From: Rhina ancylostomus | Lineage: Eukaryota | Length of the DNA: 64,000 nt | NCBI GenBank assembly: GCA_030265395.1 | Contig: JARFYF010000046.1 | Coordinates: forward strand, 13,488,084-13,552,083 | Direction: 5' to 3' | Shown: one piece after another, positions 1 to 12,554 of the stretch | Numbering within the stretch: position 1 is the stretch's first letter | How the letters are laid out: every line of letters starts with the position of its first letter | The notes under the pieces: model-generated | Told to the model about the DNA's origin: nothing | Database searches by the model: none | Seen by the model: only the letters and a program-made list of their open reading frames with translations | Translations under genes and position numbers: made by a program

Positions 1-285
1 GATGTTTTCAAAGATGCTTGAGAAGCAATTGCATTGTTATGGAACAGATTGAAGTTAAGTACAGATCAGACCACATGAGCAATAGATTTCCTTCCTTTAG
101 AGGACATTAGTGAACCAAATACACTTTTATGATAAAGTGGCAGTTTTGTAGTCACTAAGTTTGATAATTTGCTAATTCTAGAATTATTATAATGAAAGTT
201 GAAAGTAATGCAGTTGCCACATTGAAATTATCTGAAGAACTTGACTAATTTTTGGATTCATTGCTGAAACATGTAGCCAGAATGT
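1..285 (-). mobile_element. Degenerate elasmobranch SINE (LINE-tail type)
   Basis: The segment agatttccttcctttagaggacattagtgaacca and its neighbours resemble a common shark/ray SINE in reverse orientation, recognised from memory. Confidence 0.5.
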
Positions 286-924
286 CTCCCATTGCAGGTT
301 CAATCCTGCATTAATTTGAGGGTCAATGTAGTTGTGCCCAATCTGAGAGTTGTTTTATTTCGGAGTTCATATCAATTGCAGATACTTCTGTTTACAAGCA
401 CATGCATTTTCCAGAATATAAAATTGGATGTAAACAAAATTGGAATTTTTGAACTTTTTTCCACCTCCCTGAAGGACCTAGGAATATTGAGACTATTTGT
501 GGTGATACTAGTAATATCTCAACACATTTTATCTGCAGGCAGTTCTGTTAAAAATCAGTTTTCTCAAAGCCAAATAGATTTATCAAATTAAGTTGAACTA
601 TTGTGAATTGCTGGTGGTAAGGGTGTGAGAGGGTTAGAATTGAAGTTTGAACCATTTTCATGAAGTGCTATGCTTAATGTTTTTTGTATCTCTTCCTAGT
701 ATTTAGTGTGAAAATACTGATTTCATTCTGGAACCATATTGTCAGTGAAAATATAATTTAATAATTATTTGGGCATTTTCTATTGAACAATTTAATTTTG
801 AGGAATAAGAATTTGTGTACCATGCTTTGGCCATCTCAAAATTGGATCATGTTTTTCACTGCATTGTTCAGCATGCCTATTGAATCTATGCAGATTCAGT
901 ATGAAAGCACACAATAAAATCATC

Positions 925-1100
925 AGCTACTCCAATGTGATGGTTGAGGGAAGAATATTCACCTGGAGAGCTTTGATATTCTTTGGTTGTGGCTCACATT
1001 TGTGTTCCATTTGACAGCTGCACTTAGTAATGGTGCACTTCATTTAGATTTGTGTTCATTTTGTGAAATGATGCTTGTTCTGCAGCTTTCTGACTTGGTT
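925..1100 (-). mobile_element. Old Deu-domain SINE (SacSINE1/AmnSINE1-like) remnant
   Basis: gatggttgagggaagaatatt...tagatttgtgttca...ttctgactt follows the order of the reverse-complement DeuSINE consensus. Confidence 0.4.
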
Positions 1101-1895
1101 CTAAATAAGGCAAACTATTAAATATCCTTACTGTACTTTGAAGGCTGTTAAACTAGTAGCAGCTGATTGCATAAATAACAGCTTTAAAACTTGGAATTTA
1201 TTTATTTTGTTAATAGGTTGCACTTTTTCACTAGTTACTTTTGAGAAAAGTAATTAATTCACAATTTTATTTGACTGATTTAAGACATTAATAAATAAGC
1301 CATTTTGTATTTATGGACCCTAATTTGTACTGCACAAGTGACAAAATTATTTTCTCCATAGTATCAAGCTCATCCATAATTTTATGGACCCATAATCAGC
1401 TCTTCGACTTGGCTAGACAACAGAGCACTAACCTGTTCAAACTTTCCTGACAGTTACAACTCAAGATAATTACTGGTCCTCAACTAATGTCCATATGCTT
1501 CAATTAACATGGAGACCAGAAATCTCTATGGTGTAACCTGGTTCCTACATTAGTTTAATGTGTCTCTGTTCAACATTTCTTTACCCCTTAGTCATGTTTC
1601 CTTCTGTGCAGTATTTAGGTTTTTTAAACAAAGAAAACATGGCTTCCATATTCCTTCTACCAAATGCAGCTACATAAACATTTGCAGAAAATTGTATTAC
1701 CATAATGTTGTCAGCATATTTATGATATGAAATGTTTTTGCTCAGTTACAGAATAATGGTTGCAAGGTGATATTTTTAAACCTTGATTGTCATTGAGAGA
1801 CAATGGAAATTTTAAATGTGCATGTATTTATGGTTGTTTGCCACACCAGTCTGAACGGTCATTCTTAGATCACTGAGATCTGGAAATTAATAAAG

Positions 1896-2169
1896 TGTAG
1901 CAGCTAGCTATGGGTAAACGAGACGCGTGTGTAGTTGGAGGTCGTTGAGCCAGAAGCCCTTAATCACTCCCTACTGGCGCTTATATAGTTAGAAAATCCC
2001 GCGCTCTCGTTGCTTTGCTGACATCACGCTGGTCAGCTGACTTCTGCTGCGCATGGGCTTTCGTTGTTATCAATGGAGACAGAGGGCCTGGCGCCATCTT
2101 GGGCCGAGGAACTCCGTTGCTGCGAGCCACCGCAGGAGCCGATTCGGACCAGACAGGTGCGTCGCTACA
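1896..2169 (-). mobile_element. Solo LTR (Gypsy-like), 274 bp, antisense to MED13L
   Basis: Termini TGTAGC...GCTACA (TG..CA with a 6-bp inverted repeat). Flanks AAAG/GAAG resemble a 4-bp TSD with one mismatch. About 20 CpGs in a CpG-poor background. On the minus strand there is a YY1-type CAAGATGGCG (2092-2101), then TATATAA (1981-1987), then a degenerate poly(A) signal ATTAAG. Confidence 0.72.
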
Positions 2170-4969
2170 GAAGCAACATAATTAGCAAATGCAAAAATTA
2201 ATTTTATGGTACAGTCTTAAAATAATTTTGAATAGATAATTAAGGCATCGGTTAAAGACTTCAGATCCCTCATAAATAAACCAAAATGTGCATCATCCAA
2301 TCTGAGGATTGCAAAAAAAATACTGTTTGCTATCCTCCAATCACAGAAACTACTGTTACTTTGGGAAAAATAACTGCGTATTTTCCATTCTTGGTGTTCC
2401 TTGTTAAGTGAACTTTGACGGTGGGGGGGGTAGAAGGGGAGTGATGTTCCATTTTAATTTGGAATGATGCAGTGAAAGGACTTTTACATCATAATGAATA
2501 ACTTGAAAATATTTTTCTATTAAGTCTGACTGTACATAATTACCTACCAGCCAAGATATTTGATAACCGAAGCAAAATTTATAAAAGCCTGAACCTTGTG
2601 TTACAGTTGAATGTTAAACATTTTTATTGTACTTTGCAGCTATTGAGTGGTGTCATTTGAGTTGTATTGCATACATTTTGCATTTTTGTATTTTTGATGT
2701 CCCTTTTAACCAATAAGGTTGATTTTATGTCAAATACTAAGGGAATTTCAATTGTTTTTAAGTAGTCAGACATTCCAGTACATAACAACTGGTAAGCTTT
2801 GTATTGCTATTTGGGCAATGCATGCCCGTGTTTCTGCATGATGAATATTTAGTGCCCTTTTCTAGTGTTGGTCAGAAAGATCATCTTGAATGCCTAGATC
2901 TGTAAGATGCCTGTAAAATATGTAAAGTTNNNNNNNNNNTTAGAGTAGATTTTTGTTGTAGTTGTGCAAACCATTCAATTTCATTTTTTATTTACATGCC
3001 TGTGTGAACATTTTTTAAATCTTGTGTTAGCTGACGTAGCTTTTCAGTAATTGATTCTTGAACAATCATGCAGAAACTGGTGCATTTCTGAGCTCCTTCA
3101 CTTTGAAATAAAACAAGCTGGATGTTTTTAAAATCAGATTTTAATATAATTGAGCTGGGAGTATTCAGAGTAGAAAGTAGTATTTAATTCTATTTTTGTA
3201 CTGCAAAATTATGTCATGGCAAATCTATAGTATTGCCTTAGGTTCTGCTGCACTTGTCCTAGCATGGCCCTAACATGTCCATATTGGTAGCTTGCACAGC
3301 AGGCAAAATATGAGAAAATTAGTTCAGAAGTTAGTGTGTTAATTTATTATTGTTTTTTGCATATTTCCCAAGATTGCAAACTAGCCTGAAACTTGGATGC
3401 TCTTTGTATTCAGTTGAAATACTTAATTGTCCAGAAAAATATTATCAAAGTTGACAACAGGTGATCCTACTGGATGCACCTCCAGAAATCAATTCTATTC
3501 ATTGTCTTTTGTCACCTTTTGATGTTGACTTGGCATCCTTTCTGTGCTGTGGTGAATTTAGGTTTGTTCCAGACTTGCTGTTGATTTTTGAGCAAGTCTT
3601 ATTTGAGAATGTTTGGTACATTGAATCAGTGGTATTTTTGCAGACCTTTTTGGGAAGCCACCTTGAGTTACTAAGAACAAATTTCTGTTAATTGATACAA
3701 TTCTAACAGCTGCAGGAAAGCAGTATTTTAATAGATATAACGATGGTATCTTTAGCATGAATTTATGCTGAAAATGTAAAGAAGGCATTGCTTCAAGAGG
3801 ATACTTTACAAAGAAGATTCTTTAGGGCAAAATTAGTAAATTTTCTGCAATAAATTTAGAATGTGGTTTGATTGGTATTTGGTTCTCCATGACAAAGGCT
3901 GAAATTTGACACCCGTGTTTGAGATTTGTCTGATTTTTAACAAGTGGGGTTTTCAGTCTGATGCTTTCAGAGTCTTGGTAATTGAACTGTTTTTGTAAAA
4001 AGGCTCTCCTTTGGTACAAATTTAAGATGCTTATTATCAGTGAAAATTGCTTCTAATTTTAAAAATAAGTATATTACAGTTGTGAATTTCAGGTTGTTTC
4101 TTGCCAGACTGATCTCAATTTTTAAACTATATACATAACAGAATTCAATAATGAGAACAAGTAAAGATTACTTCCGTCTCATTTTAAACAAAAAAACAAT
4201 TCAAGATGTTTAGTGTTAAACCACCTTTTTACCATTAACCTGAAAATGCTAGTTAAGCCAAATACCATGACATTTTGTGTTTTGCTCTTGGCAGACCATG
4301 AGACAGTACTTTAACTCAAGCTTTTTAGATTTTGTACATTTTAGGTTAAAAGTAATATTCACTTGTATGTAAGGAGATGTAAGTTAGCTTATCTGTAAGT
4401 CTATGGGGGAGAAAGGTATTTGACGACAAAATATCATTGCTACTGCTTTGTGGAATATATCCAACTGCTGACCTGTTTTTGGGCCAGGATTGAAGTACAT
4501 GGCTGTGGCATGTCAAAAGCAGATTTTGCATTAATGGCTTGAGAATACAGTCATCTAAATGTTTGGCATTTGGGTGTTGAGTAGACAGGATTTTTGTAGT
4601 GGTATGTGTAGGCTCCACACACCACCACTGAAGATGTGGAATTCAATGGCTGACACGGTGCCAGTCTCAGAATAGTTTGGCGACAGTGCAAGGTTGCACA
4701 GGTAATTGAATGTGACACTGGAGGCCCATGTAGAAAGATGTTCTGTCNNNNNNNNNNGAATTCGACTGGGCCTCATTTCACTTATCTTTGTCCAGAACTG
4801 TTGTGGTTTTGGCTAGCCTTGCATTTACTTTTATCCCTTCACTCTATGGGGGAGCACTAGAAGGATGTCTTTGGTTATGTACTTTCTTCTGGTCTGTCAA
4901 ACTGTATAAGTACTAAGGTAAAGTTTCACAGCATTCTTCTTTGATTTGGGCAAAAACCTTGATTTCCAG

Positions 4970-5145
4970 AAGAAATTCTGAATGTTGAAAGAAGAGCAGA
5001 AAATCTTTGAAAGACTTGGCAGATCTGGTTGCATCTGTGGAGAGAAACTGAGTCAAGGATCTTTTCATGATTAAATGCTTTTTTTTTCCCCCCCAGTATT
5101 TTCTGTTTTTAACAGGTTTCCAGCAGCTGCAGGTTTTTTTGATTT
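4970..5145. repeat. Penelope-like fold-back repeat copy (degenerate)
   Basis: gcatctgtggagagaaactgagt on the left arm and ccagtattttctgtttt...tttccagcagctgcag on the right arm; same family as 47255-47435. Confidence 0.5.
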
Positions 5146-5884
5146 CTAGTTGACAGTGAAGTCTTGGAAATTCTGTGTCAGAAATCCCCTTCAAACTTCC
5201 AGCAAGAACATATCAAAAGAAAATGCACCTTTTAATCAGTATACATCCTCTGTCATAATTTGTTTACTCACGGTCAGCTGGTCAGAGGGCATCAGTGCAA
5301 GTGCCATCCACTAGAATGCTGTGTAATATCATTAATAAACATGTTCAGGAATGTTAAATATCAGTCAAGCCTTCGATGAACTTCTGGGAATCAGTTCCTA
5401 GTGCATATTTCAACTCATTGGACTGAGTGCAGGCTGAAGTGGTATTTTAATCCAGGGCACTACCTTGGTCATTTAAGGGACTATTTAAATTTGAAGGAGT
5501 TATGGAGCCTAGTTTTAATGTTTGGGTTGGCAAGGGGACTAGACGTTTGCTTTGACTTCTGCAAGAAGCTATCTTGCATTGGACACTTTTTTTCTGTCTG
5601 CAGTCAAAAAAAAAGAAACAAAATCCAAATGATAAATGTATTCTATGAGCAGGTGGGCATGTGAGCACTATTGTCTTATTGCCTAGAATTGGTTCTATAA
5701 TGGAAATATTAGTTTTCTTTATGGCTATATCTTTAAACTGCTGGAAATGTTATGATTTCAGGCCTAATAGACTGCTGCAGTTTTAATTGCCTGCCATTGG
5801 AAATATTAGTTTGTGTAATACAGCTGATGAGATTTGAATTTGCAATCTTCAGTTTTGACTGATACTATTGTATTATTATTACTT

Positions 5885-5985
5885 TGCATCATTTGTGTGA
5901 TATCACTGTCCTGGCTGACATAAATTGGCTTCTTGAATCTCTCAGGATTCTCATCCTGATATTAAAATTTGTTTATGGCATCATG
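5885..5985 (+). mobile_element. L2 LINE 3' fragment
   Basis: atcactgtcctggctgacataaattggcttctt reads ITVLADINWLL, resembling the L2 ITPVLxxLHWLP motif; a diverged paralogue of 7170-7260. Confidence 0.5.
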
Positions 5986-7019
5986 GTGTTGCATTGTGGT
6001 GGTGTTGTTGTTATTGAAGCTACTGGCAAGAGGTCTTAATGTTATTTTGAAAGTCCCGCTATGCCAAGATTTTCAATAACCAACCAGTCTGTTTCATTTG
6101 GTGGACAAAAGGTCCTTCAGCTGAGAAGTGTGCTGGAAGATGTATAGAGTTTGTGTTTAGATATTTGCTCTTTGTTAATGAAGGAGTTAAATATGCATTG
6201 TAATGTAGTAAATGATCAAGAACTTAATAGCTTTTTATAGAAAATATCAACATCACAAGTAGATTTCATACTCTATGATAGTTTTTTTTCAAATATAACT
6301 GCAGTGTAGGAAAATAAATGACTGAGATTTGGAGTAAATATGAACCAGATTTTGTATGTAATTAAAAATATGATCAGCGATGTGAAAAACTTGTCTTATC
6401 CTTGGGCTGAAATTATTTATGGAAAGTTTTAAATGCCTTCCAACTGAGCCTACGATGACTTTTTTAAACTTTCCCTGTCCATTTATTTTTAAAACACTGC
6501 AAGATTTAGTTTCCATTCATGCTGCACTTTCATTTTCATTTCTCTGTTCATCACACTCCTTTCCTCCTGATCATCTCTGGTTCTCAGCTTCACATCAGTT
6601 ATTTTGTTTTTGCTCCCTTTATGCTTCTCTTGTGTCTTCCAAGTCAAAGTGATTGGATGTCTAAACTAAAACACTTCAACCATGTTAAAGAAGTCTTTAA
6701 GCTAAGAGCAGATTAAGTTCATGTATGCTATCCCATATCCCTTCTCTGCTGTTATACCTAGGGTGTAACCTGATTTCCTTCAACTCCATGACTGTCTCTA
6801 GGTGGACGTGCCATGACTTTTCCAGTCCCCACACAAAGACTGCTTTTCTTCACCCCTAGCCTCATCATTGGAAAAGGCTGAAGCTTTTGTCAGCATTTTA
6901 TCAGCCCCCTTCTGACCACTGACACAGGATGAACCAGCTTGTGGGCAATCTAAGGACTCCTTGATTATGAATTGAGCTTTAAATCTCCCACTAACATTGC
7001 TTTACTACTTTGCCTTATG

Positions 7020-7490
7020 TTGCATGCTGATATCACTCATGCTTTTATCATTTGCAGATTTAACTATTTCGTTGAATTCTTAGACTATTTGCTGTCCTAT
7101 CCTCATCGTAAATTGTGGTTAATCCAGATGCTTATTGCTGTGAAATCTGTCTTGTACCATTCGTGTCTCACTCATGTGATATCCCTGTTCTTGCTGATTT
7201 AAATTGGCTTCTTAGCTCTCTTACAGTTCTCATCCTTGTATTAAAATTCTTTCATGGGATCATTCACCCCTTCACAGTAATCTCCAGATTTAGAATATGT
7301 TCCACCCCCAATTTTCTACCTTGAAACTAAGCTTTGCATTTGTCTTAACATTGGCAGCAATATCTGTAGCTGACTAGCGCGCACAATTTCTCGCTGAAAG
7401 GTGCCAATCATTGCACACTATTTTTTCTTTAAGAAGGCCAGCCTTAAAACTTGCTTCTTTGCCCTATCTGTTGGTAATCCCTCTGGGTTA
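7020..7490 (+). mobile_element. L2 LINE 3' fragment
   Basis: THAFIICRFNY (like IHAFITSRLDY), RKLWLIQ (like KLQLIQN) and IPVLADLNWLL...LILVLKFFHG (like ITPVLxxLHWLP...KSLHG). Confidence 0.65.
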
Positions 7491-10467
7491 TTTTGAGTTC
7501 TTTATTTTGATTTTACCATGTGTTGTTTTACAGACACTGTGCAAGTGCAAATACTCTTGAAGCAATATCAATGCAGGCACGCCTTTTCCAGTGGAGGATT
7601 TCTTTATTTTGCCTGACACTCCAGTTAATCAGAAGGACCAACTGCAATCCCACAGGTTTCCCATAATTGTTCTTATTTTGGAAATAGAACTTTGATTCTT
7701 ATCTTCCCACCTTTTTTCTCATATTTTCTTTTGAGAACTGATTTTTTTTTTCTTAATTCGGAGATGCTAGAATAAAGCTTTTTTTTCTGGCTGCTTACAT
7801 TTTTTTTCCTTCCTTCCCCACCCCCAACCCCTTAAATCCATTAGTGTTCATGATTTGTGGCCTCCTAACAGGGTTGTCACTGCTTTTGCCCTTTGTTGCA
7901 TTTCAGGAAACATTTTTATGGACATGTGATGAACTTTCAAGTTGTTTTCTTTAAGTCAATGAAGTATAGTTAAAAAGATCAGAGTTCAGCAATTGTTTGT
8001 GTATGTTTTAGTCCTTTCTTTTGAAAATGCTTCTAAGAATGTGTTCAGGAGCTTTTATATGTTCATGCCTTGCAGATTAAAAACTAAACAAATGCTAACT
8101 GCATTTCTGAAAGACAAATCCTACTTTTTGGGTTGTAATATTGGGTTATGTTTTTTAAATATTTCAGTTGAATAAGTATTCAAAAAGATATTTTACAATG
8201 GAGTTGTTTGTTGTACAGTTCTGTTCTTGTAACAATCTGCAAAGATCATTGGAATATGTCTAATAAATCAAAGTAAATTGGTGTGTCTGTTTTGGGTCCT
8301 GCCTTTACCAGTGCATTGATGATTTAGAAAAGAATCCTAAATTTGCTGTTAGTTTTTGATCTCTGAAGCACAGATTAAACCTAGAGTACTCACTTTCTCT
8401 TTTAAAGTTGGGCTTTGTCTTGAGTATAAATAAAATGATGTTGGACAATGTAAAATGTGCAAATAGAAATGCATTTTCCATTGAACATCTGGACCTTAGG
8501 GAAAAACTTTTTATTAGAAGTTGACTGTTCAGATACCTAGGTAGAAGTGTGGGACAGGAGGGTGAAAAGGGTTGTAGTCTGGTTCATAATGTACGTGAGA
8601 CTACTGTGGAATGCTCTTCAGTGTTGCCAAAAAACGTAGAAAGGCATTGACAAAGGTTCATAGTATGATTGATTTCATAACTGCTCTCCATGATTGGAGA
8701 GATGAGGAAATAATTTGCTGCCTAAGATTTACAGGTTGCAAAACAAAAGCCCAATGAGCTTCGAGATGTTAATTGCTAGAGATAAAAATCAGATACTCAG
8801 AGCAGAGGGCATATTTAAAGCAAATGAAAGTGAATTCAATGCAAGAATTAATAATTCTGGATTAATATCTTAAATGTATAGGTGAAGAAGACCTTGAGAA
8901 TTATTCAAAATGTAGTCTGTCAGGAGGAATGGATATTGGATTGAACTTATGGTTGTTAAAATTTGTTTATGTTCTTATCGTGCCTTTTGATTTCCATGCA
9001 TGCACTGGAAGAACAGTATGTTGTAGTTTGAAGGAAACTGATGAGAGATTTAGTTTTTGGTGGTTTTTTCTAGAACAGTTTTATAGGAAATAGCAATGAA
9101 TTTCAATGAACCTGTTAAAAATAAATTAATTTTATGCAGCAGTATTCTCATTTACCACAAGAGGGAACTGTAATATTATTATAAATATCAGTGTTTCCTC
9201 CTGTGATGGAAATCTGATGCAGCCAGATATAACTCAGTTTGTTTTTGAATCTTAGAAGTGTTGTTTTGCCTTCATTCAAAATTCACTTTTATTCATATTT
9301 GAAGAAATATTCAACAGCAGGTTAGATCCAAATTGTCACTTGGTGGGTGAAAATTAATATGTGAGAACTTGTTTTCAGAGAATCCTGTCATTTATTTATC
9401 CCTTCCCCATAAAACTATTTTTAAAACATTGAGATGATTTTGTCTTTCCATTTTTGGCTTAATATTCCAGTAAATCTGTTTTTGGAATCATAGATTTAAG
9501 AAATCTGTTGTTGTATTTGGTTAATTCCAGGTTAATTGAATTTCTCCACTTCTCCCTTGTCATTCTTGCATTTTGCCACAGGATATTGCAAATTTTTCTT
9601 TCAATAATAGAATGTTTTGCTTGGCTACATTTTGTCCAACTATTGTGCATTTGAAAGGAAGAATGGCCATGAAGGACAACAGTTACTATTAGGAACTTTA
9701 ATGCTTTATAATAAGTTGACTTGTTAGTTGCTGAGGTGTAATTGTTTTTGGGATATGAGTGTTTGAAGGCCCGAACAGATTTGATGGCCGGCCAAGACAG
9801 AGAATGTGGTTTAGCTGACAGTTATTTTCTTTTTAAGCCCCACTTGTTTCTTGACTATAGTTTGTTCTGGTGCTCCTATGTGTTGGCATTATAGTCCTTA
9901 TGTTCTTTATGGTCTTTATGTTGGGCAGGACTTTTTGTCATTTAGGATTGGAGTGGCTTCAGGCTGCAATCAGATGGTTACACATACAAAAAATGGAACT
10001 CTGTACTTGGCATGGGTGGCTTGCTGATGGGAGCATGTTCTTGCCCAATATGTTGAAAATAATTTTATCTTTTACTGGTTAAAACTTGAGATTAATGGAC
10101 ATAATTTATTCATTTGCTTTGTGATTGCAACAATGATCAGAAAAAGATTAGTACCATGTTGTGGTTAAACTTGCTACAATATGTGCCAAATCCCTCCTTA
10201 ATGCCAAGAGCACATTATGCAAATTAAAATTATGACCTAGTTGTCATCAAGTGTGCAGCATTCTGAAGGGCAGTTTAATTGGCTCACAAGTTCCTTTCAT
10301 GTGTTGATTGGTGAAAAGATCAGTTGTGATGGTCTCTGCATCTGTATGTAATTTTGAGTTTAGCTCTTCCCAAATTATGTGGTCTTGGGCTGGTTAAGAA
10401 AATATTTCATTGTTCACTGGAACATCTGTAAGCTAAAGTCCTAGATTACAATAAAAAATTACTGGTA

Positions 10468-10801
10468 CAGGTTCTCTGGTCCAGCACCCATGAAACCTGA
10501 CCACAAAAAATGCCCCACTCATTTTCCTCTGAGCAGGAGAACTGTTCTTTTGAAGTGTAGACATTTCCTTGAGTAAGGTAGGGGTTCTGAGAACCATCGG
10601 TAATTTGAAATTTCCATAAATTGGAAATGCTGTCAGCTGAGATTGTATTAGAAGGTTAATTAGCAACAGATCTTGGTATTAGAGCTTATTTAGATCTTAG
10701 TTAAAATTAATTATTTAATACAGATCTGTCCTACAGATTCAAAACAAGCCAGACCACAGGAATTGCTGCACCACAGTGCCAGACTTGGGACCTTTAACCT
10801 G
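10468..10801. mobile_element. Tigger/pogo-like MITE remnant
   Basis: TA|CAGGTT at the left end and AACCTG at the right end. Subterminal ggtccagcac / gtgccagac motifs are typical of Tigger-like TIRs. The right TSD is imperfect (TTA). Confidence 0.55.
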
Positions 10802-10844
10802 TTATGTTCAGTTATTTCAAACTGGTATTCAAGATGATAAAAGA

Positions 10845-10970
10845 AAATCAAGAAAATTGGAGGTGTTGGAAATCTGACACAAACAAAAAGCTGGAAAAGC
10901 TCAGCAAGTCAGGCAACTTCTGTCGAAAGAGAAACTGTAAAAATTTTGGGTTTATGATCTTTGTCAGACC
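10845..10970 (-). repeat. Penelope-like repeat half-copy
   Basis: ggtgttggaaatctga...gctggaaaagctcagcaagtcaggcaacttctg...gagaaac. The minus strand reads CTGACAAAGATCATAAACCCAAAA, a decayed CTGAnGA...GAAA core. Confidence 0.6.
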
Positions 10971-11460
10971 AGTCATGGAAGTATTTGGTTTAACTTTGTT
11001 AATTTCAGCTTAATCTTGTGTGGTTCTAATTACTTCATGCAGTCATGTAATTTTTGAAACTACCAGCCATTTTCGGGTAATGAACCGGTTCCATTTTTAC
11101 ATATGTTCATGGTTCATTTGATTTTCACTGCAACACGGAAAATACACTTCACTTGATGTGGTCACCGTACCTCCAGAGTATCTTGTAATGCGTCAAAAGC
11201 AAATAAGACTGAGAAGGAACGATGACTGAAAGTGGGGAGAGAGGAAACAAAATAACTAGTTTGCAGGAACAAATGTAAAAATGCACATTGGACTTTTGAA
11301 TTTAATAACATTATGTGAGCTGGCCTGTTTTATTTTGGTCTGATAGAGGAATTTGAGCTAGCACTGTTCCAAGGTTCAAAGTCTGGATGTTGTGCTCCAA
11401 ACATTTTTAGTAACCTTGGAAGGTAGCTTGCTTATTAGTATAATGTTTGGCCAGTGTAGA

Positions 11461-11575
11461 TAAATAAGTGCAAAAGTAGAGTCCAGATACTAACCTAGGT
11501 GCTAATGAGTTTACATTAAGTGCACCTAGGTTAGTATCTGGACTCTTGCACTTGTTTAACAATGTAAACCCATTA
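11461..11575. repeat. Perfect 25-bp inverted repeat with additional interleaved inverted segments
   Basis: 11478-11502 AGAGTCCAGATACTAACCTAGGTGC is the exact reverse complement of 11522-11546. 11461-11472 pairs with 11547-11558 (1 mismatch), and 11503-11517 pairs with 11561-11575 (1 mismatch). Confidence 0.95.
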
Positions 11576-12554
11576 ACTAAATAGGGTTTTGGATTAAAAA
11601 GAGGAAAATTTCAAGACTCCTGAGTCTTGTAAATGCTTGTATTTAAAATGCCAACAGTACATGCTTGCTTGTTGTATTAGCAGCACTGATCCCACTGATT
11701 CAGAAAGTATTGTTGGGGTTTGAGGCACTGTACCTCTAATACACATGACACTTCAATTGCATTGTGCATGAATCCATGTATCAAATACATGAAGTGGATC
11801 TTATTTTAAAAGAAGAGCGAGACCTTTATTGACTGTTATTGTTCTATATAAGTATAAATGTCCTTTAGGGAACTTGACATCTTGACAGTTATTTGTAATT
11901 TCAAGATCTTTTTGCATTATTGTTTGTTATATTCAGGCAAGAGAGATCTAATAAACCTCTTTTAGTATCTGGATTTTTGAATAACTTCAATTTTAATGTT
12001 TATGGTGTTGCAGGAAATTTTCTTTGGTATTCATTTCCAATTGAAACATAAGGTAACCTATACTTGAGGTCGATAAAATGCAACCAGGAGGCAAAGGACC
12101 ACAGTGAGAGAAATCCAATTGCAATACTATTAGTGATTATTGACATTGCTGCCTCAAATCTGAAGCTACAGTTTTTTTTCATTGAACATCTTGACTTGTG
12201 TATGTAAAATTTTAGCCTTGTCCAGAGATCAGAAAATATAAACTGTTTTATTGGACTACAACAAAATGGCATATATTAGTTATCAGAAAACAAAATACAT
12301 TTTGGGAACCGTGATGGATGAAATAGGTAGTTAGCAAATTGGCTGTAGCTTAGACTTCACAGCAACTGCTGATATTTTAGCAGTCAGTTGAATTGGTCAA
12401 GGTGTTGAGTCATGATGGACCCCCCCCCCCCCAAACCTCTGCAACATTCAATAGTGTTTAAGTATTGCAATAGACTTGCAAATGCAAGAAAATTACAATA
12501 AAGACTGCTCTTCAAAAGTAGTTTGGTCACGAGTGCTTGGTTATTAAGTTATTA

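Noticed and set aside
1896-2169. CpG island read as the MED13L promoter or first exon
   Set aside because: It is only 274 bp, sharply bounded by TG..CA inverted termini, has a minus-strand TATA, and shows no exon 1 coding sequence (ASLEDCHSNLF).
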